The notes below the pieces were generated by a model, which was given only the letters and a program-made list of their open reading frames with translations, did no database searches and was not told where the DNA came from. Below are positions 57,483-64,000 of a DNA stretch of 64,000 nt, piece after piece. The stretch's first letter is position 1; every line of letters begins with the position of its first letter. The stretch comes from Octopus vulgaris (Eukaryota), in contig OX597837.1 in the NCBI GenBank assembly GCA_951406725.2, positions 41,416,001-41,480,000 of the forward strand. Reading direction: 5' to 3'. The translations under genes and the position numbers were made by a program.

Positions 57483-57816
57483 ATGCACACATTCACATAT
57501 ATATTTGCATAAAGCCATGCCTACATGCATATACAGCACAACTATATATGTGTTGCATATACTTTCGAAAAGTATGCACCAGTGCTTGGAGATTGGTGTA
57601 TAAATTTGTGAGTGTGTATAAGTGTCTATATGCATGTGTGTTAACCTGTCTATATATCTTTATGTCTACTATTTCTAAACTTCAGGCCTTTGCAATTCAA
57701 GTGCGTACGCCCGTTTCATCTAGTGTTATGTATGTACTTTTGTATACATGTGTCGGTATGTAGGTATATGCTTATATTGTGTACACACACATATATACAT
57801 ATATACATACACGCGT

Positions 57817-57864
<48 letters not shown>

Positions 57865-59989
57865 ACACACAAACAGATAGACAGACAGTGGCTGGGAGAG
57901 AGGAAGTGAGGGCAGAGACAAATACACAGATAGACAGACAAATAGATAGATAGATACATACATAAATGTATACTCGAAGATATCTGTGCGTGTATATATA
58001 TCATACATACACACAGATACATTTGTACATGTATACATAGACATATATACACACACATATATACATACATATATCTATCTATATATACATATATATATAC
58101 ATATATATATATATTCATATATGTACATATATATGCGTACCTATGTATGGATATATATACATATATATATATACATATGTATGTATGTGTGTATATATGT
58201 GTGTGTGTGTGTGTGTACGTATCTATGCACACACATATACATAAACTTAATCAAATACATACACATATATATATGTATGTAAGTATGTACGGATGCATGT
58301 GTATGTATGTATATATATTTACATTCTTATATACATATGTATATATGTATATATGAACATCAAATATATACTCGCTGTATAAAGTACTGCATGGTAAGAG
58401 ATTATCAAACTATTCATAACATTATATACACAACCAATAATACACATACATATACTCGCACAAACCCATACACAAACACACGACTGTTTCTATATAACGC
58501 ATGTCATCAGTTCATACACAACTACTATTTCTACACATACATACACTGTACATGACCACCAATAGTACACGCATACATGAATGCATGCGCATATATACAC
58601 CTTCATACACAAGCGTATTCGCATATACACATACAAACGCGCGTGCGTCCAAAGACACATCGCTGATATATAAAAAAGAAATGACATCGACTCGGGAATG
58701 CACTCACACACACACACACACACATACACACACACACACACACACATATGCATCCATACACACTCGTACGCACACATAGGCATACATACACACACATTGA
58801 TGGACTGATAAACATACACTTCCATATAAACACACACGCATGCGCGCGCACACACACATACTTCGCCTGTGAACACAATGTCACGTTAGAAAACCAACAC
58901 GCGACCCGGCGACCACACACGCGCGGTCACGACGCGCACTTACAGACTCTCTCGCACACATTCACACATACACATACATATACACATACACAAACACACA
59001 GATTTATGTATAAGCATATAAACACACACACACGTGTTATATACATATACACATATATACTATATGAACACTAATATATAAACGTATTTATATAATACAT
59101 GTATGTATGCGCATATACATATATATCTATATATATACACACACATATATATATATACACACATATATATATACATATATATGTGTGTATACACACATAT
59201 ATATATGCATATATATGTGTGTGTATATACATATATATGTATATATACACACACATACACACACAGACAGACACAAAAACACATACACACACACATACAC
59301 ATACACACACACACCCACACATACACACACACACATACACACGGACACACACATGAACACACGCTTGCACGCACACACACACACACACACACTCGTACTC
59401 ACACGCACACAGGCTCGCGCAAAAGCACATACACACATACATACATATAAAGGTATTTTGCAAGATATTCAAATTTATTCAAATGTCCGAATTGAGATCG
59501 ATAAAGATCAAAGAATCTGGTTGTGGGCTTGGTGAATGGTCGATCATCACGTATGTTTGTTGGAAGTGGAGGTCTGTGACATTTGTACCATTTTTATTGT
59601 TAAGGCTAACAGTATCAAGATTGGTTGGTAGGGAAGGAGAAAGGTGAGGGTGAGAGAAAAAAAAAAGGTGGGCTTGGATGAAGGTAATAATAATGGGACG
59701 ATGAGGGAGGTGCTGCGGGGTGGGTGATGGTGATTGTGGTGGTGGTGGCGGGTTGTGGTGGGGGTGGGGGGAGTAGGCGGTTGGGAGAACGGGCGGAGGC
59801 TAATGAAATAAAAAAAATAAAGAAAAGAAAGAAAGAAGGAAAGAAGGGAAAAAGAAACGTGTAATGAGGAGAAGAAGAGAGAGGAAAGGAGAAAAAAAAA
59901 GGCCGCCCCACGCAAAAACAACAACGATAATAACAACAAGAAGAACAACTAGAAGAACAAAAATAATCACTATTGCAACACTAAAATGA

Positions 59990-60058
59990 CAATAATAATA
60001 ATAAGAAGAAGAAGAAGAAGAATAAGAAGAATAATGATAATAATAATAATGATGATGA

Positions 60059-60150
<92 letters not shown>

Positions 60151-60177
60151 GTAATAATAATAATAATACTAATAATG

Positions 60178-60211
<34 letters not shown>

Positions 60212-60219
60212 TAATAACG

Positions 60220-60259
<40 letters not shown>

Positions 60260-60267
60260 TAATAACG

Positions 60268-60319
<52 letters not shown>

Positions 60320-60327
60320 TAATAACG

Positions 60328-60397
<70 letters not shown>

Positions 60398-60435
60398 TGA
60401 TGATGATAATAACAATAACAATGATAATGATAATA
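59990..60435. repeat. (AAT)n microsatellite with periodic AAC/GAT interruptions
   Basis: Directly visible. Confidence 0.95.
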
Positions 60436-60667
60436 AGGAAAACGAAAACAAATAAAAAATATAATCAACAACAAAAGAAGCGGCGACAACAACAACAACT
60501 GGAGGGATAAAAATAATGTCTAATACAACAACAAAAACAACAGCTATGGCGACAAGAACAACAAACATCAACAACAAAAACAATTGCAATGAAACAAGAA
60601 GCTAATGAAACAAAAAAAAACAACAAAAAACGCGAAGAGCAACTACCAAAAATACACCCACACACAG

Positions 60668-60753
<86 letters not shown>

Positions 60754-61276
60754 GAAAAGCAACCACAGATAAATAACAAGTAATGAAATGATGTTGATGA
60801 CAACAAGATTAGTAATATAAAACAACAACAACAACAGCAACAATAATAATAATGACAGCAATAACAGCTATGGCAATAATGCAATAATACAGAGAACGAA
60901 ATGATAACGGTGTCAATAACAACAGTAATGGCGTTTGCAATGGCCGTATGGAATTAGCGACAGAAATCGCATTAGCAACGCAAGCAAACGACACGGCTGT
61001 AATAATAACGGAGTGACAACGGCCATGATACGTATTGCTACGGCACACAGAAACGGTACCAACGTCTGCAATAATGCAATAATAACAGGAACAGCAACAT
61101 TATCAAGTAATACGGGAGTGTGACCGTGCAGTTTGAGAGCGGCGGCACTCTAGTGGCCGCTTGAGATGCTGAAACGAAACAAAAGAGAAAAAAATAAAAT
61201 GGTGGCACATTAGGTTTCTTCGAAAAAGGGTGGAGGCGAATAGGTTACGAATAAAGCAACATAAATACTTTAACAT

Positions 61277-61340
<64 letters not shown>

Positions 61341-61440
61341 GTTATGTCTCTCCCTCTATATATATATTATATATATATATATATATATGTGGGTATGCCG
61401 TGCGTGTCTGTGTGTGTGTCTTTTTCCAAACGTGTATGTA

Positions 61441-61501
<61 letters not shown>

Positions 61502-61600
61502 ATATATTATATATATATATATATATGTAGGTCCCAAGGGCTTGAGTCGGGGACAAACACAGTAAATAAGGTACTCAATACATAGCAGAGTAAATTAATT

Positions 61601-61680
61601 TATTATAAAGGAAGTCGAGTTCTACAGGACTAGAATGAAACAGTTCTAGTCCTGTAGAAGCTACGCATTTCTATATAATA
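61601..61680. repeat. Inverted repeat/hairpin with a 16-bp perfect core
   Basis: TTCTACAGGACTAGAA (61620-61635), TGAAACAG loop, TTCTAGTCCTGTAGAA (61644-61659). Imperfect outer arms. Confidence 0.9.
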
Positions 61681-61779
61681 ACGTTTTAAAAAATATATAT
61701 ATATATACATACATACGGTTATATATATTCGTATGTTGTGTGATATATATATATGTATTTATGTCTATCTTCTGTGTGT

Positions 61780-61837
61780 ATTCTACTGACGAGGCAAAGC
61801 ATTCCTAAATGCAAAGTCAAAAATCCGGATCTAGAAT
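61780..61837 (+). ncRNA. Type I hammerhead-like motif with mutated GAAA
   Basis: ATTCTA-CTGACGA-GGC-aaa-GCATT-ccta-AATGC-aaa-GTC-AAAAA-TCCGGA-TC-TAGAAT. Confidence 0.65.
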
Positions 61838-62701
61838 TATCCAATAATTGTTTACTAGTTTCATCCTGTCTCTTTGTTTTCTCTTCGTGTCGATATATGG
61901 ACAATTCAGGTGGTTTTAGAGTCAGATCATGGCTGCTATTTTCAGCATGGTGCTATCTCGTAGATACCCAAATTTATAATTTTAATAATTATTACCTTTG
62001 AAGGTTATTTTTTCCATGCTGACCACTTGATAAAATCGTGTTTTTATTTTTGAATTAACGAAATTATCCTTATTTATATAAATTCAAATTTATTTCGTCA
62101 CTGTATTTACTGCGGCGAAATTTTGACCATATCTCACATGGAATTAAGCGGCGGACATTTTGAACTGGCCATGATGCATACGTGCATATATATGTAGGTG
62201 TACGTTCGTATATGTAAGTATTCTTTGAATGTGATATTTTCCATGCTGACCACTTGATAAAATCGTTATTTTATTTTTAAATTAACGATCTTATCCTTAT
62301 TCACATAAATTTATATATATATGAAAAAATGCGTTAAATACTGCAAAATGTACAGTTAGGACAGACACAAAATTCTTCACCCTAATTCTTCATCAGTTAT
62401 CGTTTATCGTTTCAAATTACATTTGTTTACTTTCCTACGTCCACCCTGTATTGTTTTGTTTTGCTCAAGCCCTAATTCTCCGCAAATTTCGCTGGTGCCG
62501 CCGATATGCGGATTTCTCAGTCAAATCGTTAAAGGCATGAAATTGAGTATTAGTGACTTGGTCGATAACTAATGAAGAATTACGGTCCTTCTGTGTCCCT
62601 CCTACGTGTACGTTTTGTAGTATTTAATCCATTTTTCATTTATGGAGTAACTGAACTCCATACTTCCCGACTTTTAACAGTAAGTTTATATAGATATATA
62701 T

Positions 62702-62782
<81 letters not shown>

Positions 62783-62811
62783 CATATATACATATATACA
62801 TATATACATCA

Positions 62812-63001
62812 GTTGCCATGATAGATCGTTAGCCACTGCACACATTTTTTTCTCTCCTTGTTTTTTTTCTGTGTCCCTTTCTATAGAAGAGCGTAGGCTC
62901 GAAACGTAAAAGACTTTTTCTATTCCTGATCGTTATACTAATATATCTGTTTGTTTTCTACACCACTTGTCTTCGTCTTTTGTTTTTTTTCGTAAACTCT
63001 C

Positions 63002-63003
<2 letters not shown>
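62812..63003 (+). mobile_element. Family H1 Penelope-like element, hammerhead-like motif at 62877-62912
   Basis: CTTT-CTATAGA-A-GAGC-gtag-GCTC-GAAA-CGTA-AAAG. Homologous to 1887-2080. (TA)n on both sides. Confidence 0.65.
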
Positions 63004-63089
<86 letters not shown>

Positions 63090-63090
63090 G

Positions 63091-63180
<90 letters not shown>

Positions 63181-63804
63181 TAATATATATATATCACGCA
63201 AAGCAAACTGAATAAAATTTGATATTTTGCGGAGGGTCAAAATTGGTAATACAAACAGGACGGTGAAAACAAACAGGAAGGGCTGCTAAGCTTAAACAAG
63301 GTTGTGGTGGCGACCGCGTAAATCAAGCTTGGACAGGAGACAAACATGAACACGTCTTCCTTGTTCTAGCGACAACGGAGAGGAAGCAAGAAAGATGGAC
63401 GATGGTCACGTGGGAACCACATGAGCAACGGAAGAATATGTTATTCCTTATTTGTTGTTTACTTATTTGTTTCCGTATATGTACATTCGTTTGCCTTGCC
63501 CAGAAGCTTAACATTTTTAGCTTACGTCCCTGGCCCAGCCGGTTTCGAGTAGTATCGGAGATAAGTGGGCGAAACTACGTGGACATTCCGGACTCCGACT
63601 GAAGAGGCAATTGGCTGTGAATGATCCGTGTATTTTGTTTTGTCCTGTTTCCCGTTGTCGTGCTGTCGTCCTTTTTCCTGCATGTTGCGTTTTGACGGTT
63701 TCCATTTGTTTGGCTTTTTCTGTTCTACCTTTGATTTATATGTGTGAGTGTGTGTGTGTATGTGTGTGTTTGTGTGTATGTGTGTATGTGTATGTATATG
63801 TATG

Positions 63805-63836
<32 letters not shown>

Positions 63837-63848
63837 TGTATATATGTA

Positions 63849-63905
<57 letters not shown>

Positions 63906-63914
63906 GTATGTATG

Positions 63915-64000
<86 letters not shown>

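Noticed and set aside
63533-63575. Twister ribozyme resemblance (GCCGG...CGGAGATAAGTGG)
   Set aside because: It lacks the UAA cleavage loop, P1 and both pseudoknot pairings

Overview
This window is eukaryotic, AT-rich, extremely microsatellite-dense DNA that is almost certainly intronic or intergenic. The repeat families resemble those I associate with octopus (cephalopod) genomes; that assignment is inference and has not been checked. I cannot support any host protein-coding exon, and nearly all listed ORFs are translations of simple repeats. Supported content: (1) many copies of two tRNA-derived SINE families, one CORE-like with an internal microsatellite and one with a Meta/MESC-like core; (2) a 5'-truncated, decayed L1/Tx1-type LINE; (3) two mariner transposase relics; (4) a non-autonomous Helitron; (5) several minisatellites. 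The most striking signal is about eight type I hammerhead-ribozyme-like motifs from roughly six different sequence families. Most have palindromic, dimer-type stem III and sit in short (about 200 bp) elements embedded in (TA)n tracts, as expected for Penelope-like pLTR or retrozyme relics. One has an intact catalytic core and one family shares a core variant. A further pair of diverged elements shares a covarying RNA stem with the hammerhead core words in reversed order. Short unique islands carry candidate regulatory motifs, including a repeated 15-bp bZIP-like quasi-palindrome. Coordinates were counted by eye, and repeat boundaries are approximate.
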